A DNA stretch of 64,000 nucleotides from Amoebophrya sp. A120 (Eukaryota > Protista > Dinoflagellata). The translations under genes were made by a program, and so were the position numbers. Below, piece after piece: positions 11,047-24,396 of this stretch; the first letter of the stretch is position 1; every line of letters starts with the position of its first letter. The stretch is taken from assembly GCA_905178155.1 (NCBI GenBank), contig CAJINV010000003.1, positions 2,893,715-2,957,714 on the forward strand, given 5' to 3'. The notes beneath the pieces are model-generated. The model worked only from the letters and a program-made list of their open reading frames with translations, was not told where the DNA came from and searched no databases.

Positions 11047-14000
11047 CTAGAATTCCCCTGTTGATTCCTCGGGGCTCTTCGGGGAAAAGGGTATGTACAG
11101 ATACGAATGGGATCCCGGCAGTGCAGTTTTCTTGCCGGTCGCTGTGCTTTCCCCCTGCTCTAGCTCGGAGGACATCACGGTCCAGATTTTCGAGAATTGT
11201 CGTTTTGCCCAGGGGTCGCTGGAGTCTGGCGCTGCGGCCGCGGAAAACGCGGTGCCGTTCTTCAACGGGCCCTGTTTGCGCGTGTAGAACGTGAGGCAGT
11301 GCCCGTACTCGAGATCTTGGTTCAGCCAGTCTTTTTGGTCGTAGGCAAGCTGCACGATCGCGGGCCGGTCGTCCGGGTCTTCCGCCAGCAGGCTCTGCAA
11401 GAGGTTGCGCACCTCCGGCGAGGTCTCCTGCTGGGCGGATCGCTCCTGTTCGCGGAGGTCAAATGACACAGCACTGCTCGCGGCCCCTGGCGGGAGGTCC
11501 TCGTCGAGGACGCTGGCCCACTCGGGCAACCGCCCGCGCCGGAGAAACCAGTACGTCACGCCCAGTGCCCACGCGTCCGACTTCACCGAGGGAGCGGTGC
11601 GCCGTTGCCGTAGCTCCGGTGCCATGTACGCTCCGGTGCCTTCAAACTTTAGCTCGTCCTCAACATCTTCCGGCTGACTTGGTGTTGTTCCTCGTTCTTC
11701 CGTTCTTGCGGACCCAGCAAGCAGTGTTTGGTCTTGTTCAATAGCTCCTGCAGCTCCACCTTCTGCGTTGCTCAACATACTTCGTTGGTCCAAGATGTAG
11801 TCGTCTTCCCCGCTGCGCAAGTTGGCCAGCAACTCCACGTTGAGCTTTTGTTTTGCCGCGTCGGTTAGGGGTCGTGCGCCACCAAAGTCGGTCAGTTTAC
11901 AGTGGCCGCTCGAGGTGATGACGACGTTCTCCGGCTTCATGTCTGCAAACGCAAATCCCTGCTCGTGCACGACAGTCAGCCCCGCCAGAATTTCGCCGGC
12001 GACAAACCGGAAGGTGCTCAGGTCGTCCAACGTGCCTTGGTTGGTCACGTAGGAGTGCAAGTCACCCTGGCTGCAGAACTCCAGGACCAGGTAGGCGCCG
12101 TCGCGCCACCGAAACGCGGAGACGAGGCGGCAGATATTGGGGTGCGACAGGTGTTTCAGCACCGCGATTTCCTGGTTCACCTGTCGGACGTAGTTGTGCT
12201 TCTTGATGGTCTCGATGGACACCACCTTAACCGCGTACTCCGGCCACTCGGACTGCGTTTTGCTTTTTAGCACGGTGCGCCCGTACTTGACCACGGAAAA
12301 AGCGCCGCGGCCCAGGTCTTGGTTTCCGTAAACGACATCGTGGAACTTCAGAGAGGGCAGCCACGTGGGGGTGAGCGACAGGAGCTGATCGTCCCAGTCG
12401 CGGACGATGTCGCTGCGGGGGTTCAGTTTCTTCAAGTACTCGCCCATGGCTTTTAGTGCCGGGTCCTGATCGCTGTCCGCGGAAGGTTTCATTTGCGAGA
12501 TGAGTTGTTCACTCTCTGCTGACGCGCCGCTTGTTTCTTCCAGGGGACCGAGTAGTCCGAGGCGAGACCCGACGCCTCCGGGAATCACCGGACCTCGGCC
12601 GCCCCGCATGCTGGTACTGCCCGCATGACCAGCGGCGCCTCCCATGGCCCAAGGAGCCACCCCCGTGATCGTCGCGGGGGGCTGTCTGCTGGTCCCAGTT
12701 CCGCCGCCGGCTGGTCCGCGAGCCCAGGGTGCGACACCTGTTATGGTCGAGGGCGGAGCCGCGCCACCGCTGCCCTGTTCCCGCCATTCGCGCATTTGCT
12801 GCGCGACGGACCCGGTTGCTGCCCCAGGTCCTCCACGCGAGAGCGAGCCAAGCCCGAGAGTTTTCGCCGGCGCACCGATCGCACCCCCCGCTGCCAGGTC
12901 GGTCGAAAATCCCGGGTCGCCGCGCCTGGGGTTCTCACGACGGGCGTGCGACAGCAACTGGTAATTGTTGAATTGTTGATGTTTTCTTGTTCTTACTCGT
13001 GGCACTTAAACGTAAACCCCAGGTCACAGATCATGCTATTTCAAATGAGATAAACTTAGACTTGTACTTGTTACCTGCCTACTTTCCCATATCTGTCGCA
13101 CAGTTTCCTCGAAGAGTTGGCGGTGCTGCGCCCGGAACTTCTCGAGTACCAAAGCCGTCATCTTGTTTACGGTCGGATTCCAGAAAAGTTCCTCGCGCCA
13201 CAGCAGGGGCAGCAACATGGCCAGCCATTTTGCAACGGATTTCCGGCTCGTGGCAAACAGCATCGCGGTGAATGATTCATCCTTCCAGAACAGCAACGCG
13301 CTCTCTATCACTTGTGCGTTGAGACTTTTCAAACAAGCACAAAGTTTTGGCAGCAAGATCGGTGAAAGCCGCTCTTCAAATGTTTGGCTTACGGAAGGAG
13401 CATTCGGCGCCGCGCCCGATGGCGCTACGACCGCGGTGCCCCACACCCGGAGCAGACTCCGCATCTCCTGAAGAAGCAAGACCTCCTTCGCCGTGTTGGC
13501 CTCCGTGGGTGGCGGCCACTTCTTTACGCAGGCTTGTTGCAGTGCGTCTTCCAAAAAGGTGGACGGGGAAATAATTGCGCAAGAACTGGTTGTCCCGGTC
13601 GTGTTGCTGTGATGCAGTTGTGCAGCTCCCTCGTTTCCTTCGTCTACCTCCATGGGGTCGTCCCCCACTGGTTGTCCCGCCAGGTCGTTGGGCACCACCT
13701 GCGAAAGCCGCACCGACGCCGTGATCAAGGTCTCCAGTGCGCGCACGAGCGGCGTGTGAAACAGCTTGATCAGCGGAATCTGTCGGTCCCACAAGTACCA
13801 CTTGTTCGTTGCGTGGAGCGGAAACAGCACTTCCCGCGCGAGCTTTTGCAGGTTCGGAAAGGCGGCGCGCAGGTGCGCGGCTCCCCGCTCCACGGCGACT
13901 TCCCCTTCGATGACGAACGCGAGGACGCGCAGGAAGGGGGCGACGCAGAAATTCCTGTGCGAGAACCGCACAAATTCGCGGCAAACCTTACCCAGAGACT

Positions 14001-14451
14001 CTCGCCGAATGCGCATGCGTGCGAACGCACTGGCATCGCGGTAAGCCGTGTACAGGATGAGAAACAAAATCTCCTCATCTTCTTCGCAGTTGTGGGAGGA
14101 TTGGGCCAGCGACTGCAGGTCAAACAAAAGATTTGCGTCGGGCTCCTCGCCCCAGTTCCACTCTGGGTACTGCAACAGAGAGGTGACGATGCTGAGGACG
14201 TGCACTCGCTTCTTATTCAAGGCCCGCTCCTCCGCGGTTTTTTTCCCCCGCCACCGCCAGGATACCTGTAGCGATCGCAGCACGCCCTGGTACACTTCCC
14301 GGGAAAAGGGTGCTGCATCGCGCAAAATCCCGGCGGATGCGGCCTTTTCGAGCTGCTCGAGTGTTCCGGCCTCGCCTCGCAATCCGGCGTCCAGAGCCTG
14401 CAGGATTTGATCCGAAGTATCAAAAGCGGTGGCAAGATCCTCCTCGGTCAT
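11047..14451 (-). CDS. PP2A B56-like domain fused to PDK1-like (AGC) Ser/Thr kinase
   Basis: ORF 13036-14475 has B56 C-terminal signatures (CLKSLNAQVIESALLFW; FWNPTVNKMTALVLEKF). ORF 11047-13005 has kinase motifs LGRGAFSVV, YAVK, DMKPEN, DFG, GTGAYMAPE and DAWALG. GT-AG intron 12958-13074 joins them in frame (ESRQ|LLSHAR). Confidence 0.8.
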
Positions 14452-15696
14452 CCTCGATGCCCGTGTTCTCGTCAACTATAGTACTCGATACGCCGTCTCC
14501 CTCTTCTAGAGGCCATTTTAATAGCTGAAGGGTCGTTTTATTGTCCAAAAGTTGAAGAAATACGCCAGGAAGAGGTACTATACTTTGATCCCAAGACGCA
14601 GTAATGTAAATTGCTGAGAAATAGAAGAACTCACTACATGATCGCTATATATAAGCATACGCATCGCTGCGTACGGTGTACAGGGGTGCATTGATGAATG
14701 TAGAAGTTCTTGTTCTCCACAATCCATCGCCTTGCGTCCGTGACCGAGGCTAGAAAAAAACAGAGCAGCACGGTCACCACGGATCAAGATTTGTGATTTC
14801 GGCAGACCTCACGATTTTCCATGAAAGTGCGAAGTTGCGTAAGGCTGCAATATGCAATTTCCATCAGTTACGTCGATCTAGAACCAAGTCAATCCTGATA
14901 GGGGATTTGCTTCTGACCGTTCAAGTGTGACGAGGTTCGCTAGAAGAAGTGCCTGCTGGCCAGAGGGTTTTCTTCTTTTGCGGTTGCGAAGACCAGAAGA
15001 CTTCTTGTTCCCAAAAAAAAGTTAGTCCACACCGGTAAGACTGTGCTTGTTGCAGTGCGGCTGCTAGAAGAAGCACCTATCCACATCAAAAAGCTCTCTG
15101 CCGAACGCGACGCAGAGGAACACAAAGAGCAGTTTCTCCAGTTGCTTTTCCGGAGACCGCGAACCCTATCCGTGTGGTGACGGTGTGCCAAATTCATTCT
15201 TTGTAAACACGGTCGTTCTTCATATGATATCGATGACCACCAATCCAAAATTAACTAAAACCTCCGGATCATATTTTGATCCTCAAAAATCCACACGTTG
15301 AATGACGCACTGCCACGGCTTCAACACTTTTGTACCTACCCTTTAGGACGTCGTCAGTGTGGTACTCATCTCTACATCTACCATCCAGTTTCGCCTCGGA
15401 TGATCGTCCCTATCATTTCAACTTCTCCGCCAGAGTTGTAGTACTTCAGTTTTCTTCTGCGACCAAAAATACGGATAAAGTTATGACTCCCTACAGCTTT
15501 GCTGTTTTCCAAATACAGATCCTACTCAACCAAAACGAAAAGATGCATGGTTTAGGCAATAGAATTCCAAACTTTTAATACTGTAAATCATCAACGCCGT
15601 TGACATGCAGCACATTTACAACTGAAGCCTCCTATGTATGTACTTACTTAAGTTAGTAGTTTTTCCGATACGGCAAAAATCTCCACCGACGCTGAC

Positions 15697-15999
15697 CTAG
15701 TAGAAGATCCATCCCGTCTTCGGGCACTTAGTCCCCTTCATGTGCATTTTCTGACAGTTTTCGCAGAATTTCTTGTTTCCGCCGTATTTGTTCGGGTCGG
15801 CACCTTTCGCCACCAGCACCGGACAGACCGTTCCTCGGAAGTGCGTCCCTCCGCAGTGCTTGCAAGTGTAGCGAAAGCTATCACGGTGCTTGTTGAACTG
15901 CTTGTTGTTCGCATTCTTCGGGGCCGATTTCGCACCCATCTTCTTCGCGCCCCCGGTGGCCTTCCCGGCGTCCGCGCGCTTGCTGCAGAACCCGAACAT
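15697..15999 (-). CDS. Small basic protein with two CX2CX3HX5C zinc knuckles
   Basis: 100-aa ATG-started ORF with a Lys-rich N-terminus and the motifs CKHCGGTHFRGTVC and CENCQKMHMKGTKC. Confidence 0.65.
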   Translation of the reverse strand: MFGFCSKRADAGKATGGAKKMGAKSAPKNANNKQFNKHRDSFRYTCKHCGGTHFRGTVCPVLVAKGADPNKYGGNKKFCENCQKMHMKGTKCPKTGWIFY

Positions 16000-16490
16000 G
16001 TCAAACTATTATATGCGAGAAAGACTGTGTCTTTCGAGTTCAAGTGAACGCTGTACTATTTCAACACAAATCAAGATGAAGATCTGAACTCTAGCAATAA
16101 TTTTCAAAAAGGTCACTCTCGTCGAAGGTATCCTAACCAATCTTACCTGATGCTCACAACAATCTGAAACTGCGCATGCGCGCGGCGCAAGCAGCCGAGT
16201 CGGGGGTCCGAAAATTCCCTGACCCTGCGCTGTGGCGTATCCAATTCGGCAGCAAGCAACTTTAACGCGATGTCATCGGTGGCACAGCAGTTCTTCGCTT
16301 CGGGCAGCGGCAGGGCGCGGCAGCAGCGGGGCGCGGCATCGCGATTCAACAGATCCAAAGCACGCGATGAAGGCGGCAGTGCAAACCCGCCTGGCGGCAG
16401 CAACGGGGCAATTGCTTGTGCGTGTGAGCGTTCATCTCGGCAAGCGACAGGGCCAAAAGGCATGACAGCCTTCGGCTTCGCGCCCGACTG

Positions 16491-16652
16491 TCATGCCTTT
16501 TCCTGCTCAGACGGGCGCGAAGGGGCGGCAGGGGCTTCCAGCGCGTCTTTCTGGCAATGCGTTTTCGCGTCATGGTACCCAAAAACGGCAAGATACGATT
16601 GGTCTTCAGAGGCATCGACGGCAGTGCTCGCAATTCCGTTGTAATTGATCGC
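16491..16652 (-). CDS. Probable terminal exon of an unresolved gene (upstream exons possibly within 17000-18250)
   Basis: Acceptor TTTACTTGCAG is followed by a 53-codon frame AINYNGIASTAVDASEDQSYLAVFGYHDAK… ending in TGA. Confidence 0.3.
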   Translation of the reverse strand, partial: AINYNGIASTAVDASEDQSYLAVFGYHDAKTHCQKDALEAPAAPSRPSEQEKA

Positions 16653-18597
16653 CTGCAAGTAAAATTGGTTCTCTACTAGTGTGAGTGGGTGTCACCTTCT
16701 GTTTGATTTAAGAATAACGATGTGGTCCCTTAACTAATGTGCGGTGAAAGTCGAAACTCTATTCGTTCGCCAGACGGGAATAGCTTTTCCCTTTCTAGCA
16801 ACTGTGATTTTTCGTTGGAATTGAGTATGAGCAAAGCGTTTCACGTACCGAGCACAAAAATGACTGGCGATTTTCCGACACGCCGGCCTGTCGTCATCAC
16901 TTTACTGTCGAGGTCGACATTCCATGACTTCCGATAATGCAGACAACCGAAAACTACGGTGCACTTTCTTCGCATCAAACGAAGTGTCGTCTCCTGGACC
17001 GATCGGAGTTTTAGTATTTTTGGACAGAAAACATTTCAAGTTTTCGTTCAAAAATAGTTAACCGAAGCTGTTGAAAATTGAAATTTGGCATTGGCAACGA
17101 GATCGATTCGATTGCGAGATAAGATATCGCAAAACTGCAATAGCAGTAAACACAATTGCTTTTCTGCAGATGACAGTTGCAGCAAAGTTCATAACTGAGT
17201 CTACGAGTACTCTGAAACTGAATAAGTCGTATCCCTTTGGCGTTAATCTTGTAGATACAACTTGTCACGATGACTACACGCGAGCGCCACCAAAAGGCGC
17301 AGCTCGAGAGGCCAACTGGAACACAACAAGCCAGCTGGTCTGACAAGCTCTGCGGTTTGCCTTTACAACTTCCGTTCTTTTCTATGAATCTTCTCGCCGT
17401 GATATATGTTCCGAACGATTTGCTCGGTGCGCATTTCATGGGAGCGTAGGTTTTTTCGGGGTGGCCGTTTTTGTAAGTACTTAGTTACGGGGATATTGTT
17501 CATGCATTGCTAGCAGTATGTTCTATACTTGGTTTTACTATTCGGTTTTCTACTCCTACTGCTAGCACACAAGGACGACACTTCTAAGGTAGGGCTCCCT
17601 CGCGCCAACATCTTCCTCCCCGCCGACTTTCGTTCACTGGTACAACCTTTATTTCTGCGAGGGGATCAAATTGTGAGCTCGTTGTAGCGCACAGTAGTAT
17701 AATTTTCACTTGTGCAAATCGAGAGGAGTCAAACAGCATGAAAAGAGGCTGGGATCACAATCAATACACATTTTCTTGAATTGTTCTCAATCATAGTTTC
17801 TTTAAACCAAAACTCGCTGAGCGCTTCTACTCTTCTTCTTTACAAGAAGACCAAAATTGTGCGCACGGAAAAGATGGGTAGTATTAGGCTCAGGTCTTTA
17901 GTTGTACTCACGTTACTAATATGCAGCTCGCATGTGCAGAAAAATCTACGCAGGCATTCTACTAGTTGTGTTTCCCCTTTGGTGCGGAAATAAAGTCGAA
18001 AGACTTACGTCAAATTCGTGGAGGTACTGGCAAAAATAAACAGGTCGTGGCATGTAGCGAGCGACCAATGGTCGCTGCTCGTAAGTCTAAGAAATTGATC
18101 GTTTTTGTGGTCGAAATTGCCAGTCGGGGGGAGCTCGGCGTATTGGGAGACTTCGTTGTATGAACTTAGTACAGAGGCATCGGTACCCGTCGAAACAGCT
18201 GGAGAACGGCGCACGTGGGCGCGGCGCCATTGATGTTCTTCTACAAATATTCCAGTGGAGTATACTCTACACGTACTGACCTTACCGGGAACGAGCGCTG
18301 TTGCGATTTACTCAACAGTAATGCGAAGTTCCAGTAACGGTGTCCGAGGTTATGATTTACTTTTTGGTTCTTTCGTTTTTTTATTTTTCACTTTTTTGTT
18401 TACAATTTCAAGAAGGAGGAAGTAGACACACTGTGTCCCATGCCTTCCCTCTTCCTCACATCTGTCCTAGCGATTCTAGGACGATAAGGAGACTCTTGCG
18501 TCTCTGCGATGATGAGCGTACAACCACGTGTTGCGCCGTCCGGGCCCCAAGTACTTTTTTACTTCCCCGCCCTGATGAAACGGCCCCACCAGCGTTT

Positions 18598-21500
18598 CTA
18601 GTTCCAGAACGGAATCTCCTGCGCGGTATCGTTGCCGTTGATCCAGATAATGATGAACATGGTGACTGCAATCCCGTGGAGCAGCTGCAATCCCCATCCT
18701 GCCTTGACAAAGTCCGTGAAAGAGTAATTTGCCGCCATTGTGGCGAACTGGTTGTGGGAGCACCCGATTGGTGACATGAAGTTGGCGACGGCCGCGTTCA
18801 CCAGCAGTGTCATCAAGGGGATGACGGGCATCCGCATTTCGAGCCCCACTGCCATAACCGGCAGCATCAGCATGGTCACCAGTGTACGATTATCCACAAA
18901 CTGCGTCAGAAGGGCCACCATCACGTAGATCAGCGCCACCGCCCACGCCTGGCTCCCGCCGCTCATTTTCAATATCATGTCGGCAATCAGATCGCTCACG
19001 CCCGTCAGCGTCATCGCAGCCGCAACCGGGCCTGCGAACGCAAAAAGCATCAGCGTACCGCCGTTCTGCGATGCCAGCGCCTGCTTGAAGGTGACAGCCC
19101 GGATGAAGATCGCGATCTGTTTTTTCCGAAGGATGAGTGTTACGTAGTACGTGAGTTGTCACGACTTGTGGCCTGATAGATACAGAGTGCGTGCTCTCGA
19201 AACGATATTGAAAACACGCTTCTTCAGCAACGCAAACAAAAGTACTTTATAAACAAAAAGCAGATGAAAATATCGCAACAAAATTTCATACCAGTGCGAC
19301 CAGCCAGAGGTACATGTTGAAATCGTCTTTGAATGTCTTCAGCGGCTTTACGAGGCTCCCGATCACATTCAAGACCACAACGAGGAGAAACAGGAAGAGA
19401 ATGGTGTATCCGCGTAGATTGTCCAAGGTGCCCGTGCTGCGAGGAGGTGTGCTATTAGGGACCGGTGTCACCAGCTGGAAGTCCATCGTGTTTTTGCCCA
19501 GTTCGGGGAAACCTTCGACGAGCACCATCTGCGTCATGGGGTCCCGGCCCAGCACGACGGCGTCAAACTCAGTAAAGAACCGCTGATCGTCGATCTCGTC
19601 GTAGGACACTTCGTCCAACGAAATCTGGTAAAGCAACCTGTATTTTAATTTTTACGCATCATGATGAAAAAAAATTCGATGCTGTTGGTTTTCTTCTCCT
19701 ACCTACCGGTACATCAAAATGAAAGTTTCTATAACTCATTCACATTCTTGAAACAAACCATAAGTGCAGTATTTAATACCTGCTTTTCCTCGATCTGCCT
19801 AGCAAGTCGTACAACTTGGAACTGGGGACGAGGCCGGGCATCTGGCGGCGCAAGCGCGCGATTCCGTCTGCCCGTGCGCGCACCCGGATCACGTCGTCGA
19901 CGGTGATGATGGTTTTCCTTCTGCTGAAATTTCTGTGTCCGTTGTAGCCTATAATCTTGACGCCCTTAAAAAACCTCAGCGCGGACTGCGAGAACGGTTC
20001 GTTCGTGATCATGTCTTTCGTGATCCGGAGTTCCACCTCGTATTCCGCTCCTGCGCCGATCCGCAGCTGCGTCTCCGGGTCTTCCTCCGGCGTGCTCCGC
20101 TCCCGATTTATTCTGCTCCCGTCGACGTCGCGCTCCTCGTTAATATTTTCATCTTGTAGTAGTTGGCGATCTCCCTGAGAACCTTGAAGATCCTTTTTGA
20201 CGTCGGACATCTCGATTTCGCTTCCGGACTGCAGATCTTCGTCCTCGTCTTCATACGAAGAACTGATCATGTTGGCCTCGCCCGCCTCGGGTTCCTTTGG
20301 GTACATCTTGCTCAAAGCCCACATGGTGAACAGCAGCCCTCCCGTACCAAAGGCCGCGGCAAAGAGTCCGGTGAACAAAAACACCGGCTGCACGACTTGA
20401 AAGTCGCAATTGCTCTTGATACTCGCCAGCAGGGCCTCGCCGGGTTGGCCCTGCGCCAAGAGCCCCTCCTCGAGCCGCTCCCACGCGTTCTTGGTGTCGG
20501 CCTTCGACCACTGCTTTATGCGCACGACCGGCTTACCGTCGTCCCCGTACCGGAACAGCTTCGAGTAGGCCAGCATGCCAAATGCCGTCGCGGTGTCCAG
20601 TTTCGCCTCGGGAAGCTGGTGCTCCTGGTCCGATTGTCGGTCGTAGGTGATGATGTTCTCGATGTCCGACAAATTTTCCACTTTGCACAGCGTCGCGGGC
20701 CCCCCCGCGATCTGCCCGGCGGGTGCCGGCTGGCTCGGGTCGGGCAGGTAGAACCCGATGCAGAGCTCCAGCTGGTAGCACAGCTTCATTGCTTTCTCGA
20801 CCGGTAGGGGTAGGTCGGTCCGGATGGGCAGCTTCTGCTTTTTCGTGGTGGGGATCAGCTCGGAGCCCGTCATGACGTTGCAATTCGAATACTGCGCGTT
20901 TTCGTGCTTCTGGAAGGCGTCAACCAGCGTGGTGGCCAGGCCGAGGGGGTAGGACGGGTGCTCCGCCATCGCGAGCGCGGTGAAGGTGGGCTGCAACTTC
21001 TCCGGGACCTTGTCCCAATACAGCACCGTTTTTCCGTTGCCCGGGTCCTCGCGCGTTGTTTCGCGCCCGCGGAACGCAATCAGGCTTTCAACGGCAAGGC
21101 ACTTCCAGTACCCGCCGGAGTCGACGCGCCGGTCGTTCACGAATTCTTGCGCGGCGAAGTTCGGGCTACTCCCGATCGTGGTAATGCTCCCACCCAGCGT
21201 TGCCGCAAAGGGCACCGCCATGATGAACACCGAAGGCAGGTAGACGCCGACCCGATCCGCGACGGAGATGGCGATCGGGATCCCGATGGCGGTGCACGGC
21301 CCGTTGTTCAACACCGCCGAGAGCACCATTATCGGGGCCAGCAACCGCAGCATTCCCACGATACTCAGGGGTCGCCCCACGAGCCTCCCTATCGCCTGTG
21401 TATATAGAAGGTATGAAAGTAAGTGTAAGAACAAGGGTGGGCAATAAAATGGTAAAAATCATAAAGCGCGCCAGCTGCTGCTGGCCCTGAACAGCATATC

Positions 21501-22461
21501 CATATTTCATGTTTAGTACGTGTAACAGTTGTACAAAGAAGCAAAGACGACATTATTGCACCTTTTCCAGGACTTGTGTCTCGGCGAAAGCGCAGGCAAT
21601 GACGAAGAGCGCAGCGTAGAGGATGACGGCGGACGAAGTCATTCCGGCCCAAAACGCCGAACAGGAGGGGACGCAGCCGAACATGTAAAGTTTAAAAGCG
21701 ACGAGAAACATGGCGAGCCCTACGTTCATGTCCTCGAGCATAAGGAGGATCAGAAGAATGATGCTGCTCATCACCAGCCATTTGTAGAGCGGGTTGTGGG
21801 CCAAATTCGGCTTCCAGATTAAGTCTCCGTCGGAACTGCATTTTTTTTTTTTCGTCACACTTTGAATCACGAAATTAATAAGTAAGTAATTGATGACATT
21901 CTTTGATACTTGCGGTCTGGTGACAGACTGCAGAAGAAGCTTCCTTGTTGCATATTTCGTGTCCTACCATGCTACTACACCCATCGATTTTTCATGTCGC
22001 ATACGTATTGAAATGAAAAACTGAAAAGCAACTGTGAAGTACTCTTTCTCCCCGGTGTTGATGTACAAATCGAGGGGCCGGGATCCATCTTCGTACGGGG
22101 TGTTGTCTTGCATGCAGTAAAAGATGATGTACCCCAGGACTGCGAAAAGCAGCCACAGAAGTCTGGGAACCGTGGCATTGCGCAGAAAAATCTCCACGCA
22201 GCCAAACTTCTGACGGCGCACGGTAAGCGGCGGCTCACCTGGAATTAAGGATTCTTTTTCGTCTTCTTCTACTACTTCTGCCGCCCCATGAGGTGTCGCA
22301 CGCAGGGCTGCCCGTCGCTCTGACGAGCCCCCCGACGGAGATAGCAACTGCTCACGCGCAGAGCTATCTTCATCGATTTCGTCATTGAAATTTTGGTTCC
22401 TAATTCCCCCATCGTCCCTTGGCCGTTGTATACCACCCCTGGCTTCCTCTGAGTTGGACAT
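18598..22461 (-). CDS. SLC13/DASS-family Na+/anion (sulfate/carboxylate) symporter, SLT-like with TrkA-C region
   Basis: Motifs LSAVLNNGP..PFAATLGGSITTIGSSPN and FMSPIGCSHN..NYSFTDFVKAG, with many TM segments. GT-AG introns at 21836-22042, 21396-21561, 19638-19779 and 19117-19291. Confidence 0.85.
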
Positions 22462-24396
22462 GGGGAAATTCAGCTAGGCGGAAAACTGACAGCAGAATAT
22501 TACTCAAACAACTGGGATGACTTGTCGCGGCCAACTAATAGGCACTGTTATTAAGGCACAAGGGCTATTACTATTTGTTGAAAAACTAAAGTACGACTAC
22601 GCGTGGAATTGTACACAAATATTCAAAACTGAAAATAGCCTCGCACAAGCGAGAAAAACTTGGTAGAGCGTACTTCTAAATTACTGCAGGGCCTACGAGG
22701 TAAAACTCTACTCAGATGAATCTTCGAAAAAGGTAACTTATAGACATGGTTGTTGGTGAGACAAATGAGTCCAGAGGACAAAACAAATGTATATGCGTCT
22801 GCGAGTAAATGAAATTCACATTCACATTTCTTTGGAGGCAACTAGGAGAAGATTCATTTTGCCAGAAAGGTCACAATTCTTCTTCGACCCCAATTTGTGT
22901 ATTTTCGGAAGGTTAATTCATTTGATTTGCAAGATAGGGATCCGCGCACTGCTGCCGCTAGCCGAAGTGCTGTCGGCTACTTTTCTCTATTATTTCAGGC
23001 GCAGCTACTAAAATCTTGCTCCTGGTGGCGACTTCGTCTTTTACTTTTTTGAGTGCAAACCGATAGCTCGTCCGTTAGATCTTGTCTGATCATGGCGTAC
23101 CGAAGTAGATGAACTACCATCAATAGTATTCGTCCACATGATACCGAGTTCATCTAATGTGATCATGCCTTTTCTTTCAGCTCTTGCTTGCGATACTCGG
23201 AGGATACTACCTGCAACATCGCTTGGTGATTGCAGCTGCGTCGATCTCGATCATCATAAAAATCCGGCAAACCGATACGCACCGATCTTTTTCTACAAAT
23301 CGATATCTTTCTAGTGTGCTGTGAGTTCGATCAACGAGAACCCAACTGTCATAATCAGTAACTCTATCATCATTTGCGCAGCGTACTACAACGAACGTTA
23401 CTATTGCATCGAGCAATAGATTGTCGCGCTTTTTCCACAAATTCAGGTGCTCGCTCTACACAGCAAAAGTAAAAAATTAGACAATACTTCGCTGCAATTT
23501 CCTGCCACTTGCTGTCAACTCTGGCGTCCTGGTTTCGTATTTAGCAGAAGGGGAGCCATCCTCTCGTTGGTCTGCCAGCGGCTGCTTCAGTTCAAAGATC
23601 ATGTTCGGAAATAAATGCTTCAAGGGAGTGGCGATGACGCGGCGCGACGCGAAAAAACTCACTGTTCTGCGAGTGCGGCTCGGAAAATGGAAATGCAAAA
23701 ATTCAAGCGGAAGACTGGTCGTTACATTCTACCGCCGAGGGTGGAGAAAGCGGACACATGTATGTTTGTGTTGCAGAAGTTGATGCAGAAACACGCACTA
23801 AACAACTGTGAAGAAACGGTAACGAACAACATGATACGGTAGACATTTTTTTTACAGAAACTAAGTACATTCATCGAGTGCACAGGCAGCCCTACCTTTT
23901 GTCTTTCTCTGTACAACTATATGCATTTACATTCCAGTATCTAACTACTATATTTATGACATTGCAATGGATCAGACGAAGCTCAACCACACAAGTGAAA
24001 GAAAGCGGAAGCGCAAGCTGCGACTACACTGGCGCAGTGCAACGGGGATCTTCACACATAGAGTCTTTTTTTGTGAAACATGCAAATGGAATTTTGCATG
24101 AAAACAGAGACTGGGGATCTTCACACATAAAAACTGCAGAAAAATGCGGAGACGAGCATGCAGAACACGCAGTTAAAGAAGTAGAGCTGCAATCCCGGCC
24201 AACCGAGTGAAGGTGTCGATCGTGTACCTTGGAGGTGAAGCACAACTACGTTGTTACATACAACATGAGGCTTTGCAAACCCCAATCACGAGTGCAATGC
24301 AGATGCAGCGTAAAAAAGTAGTAAGTACTATAATATGTGGATGATTCTAAATGATTTCTGTTGCGTCCTCTCGAGAAGCTCCTTCAAAACAAGCAC

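Noticed and set aside
22600-24000. Short ORFs between the SLC13 and HEAT genes
   Set aside because: No motifs or consistent splice chain; treated as intergenic/UTR.
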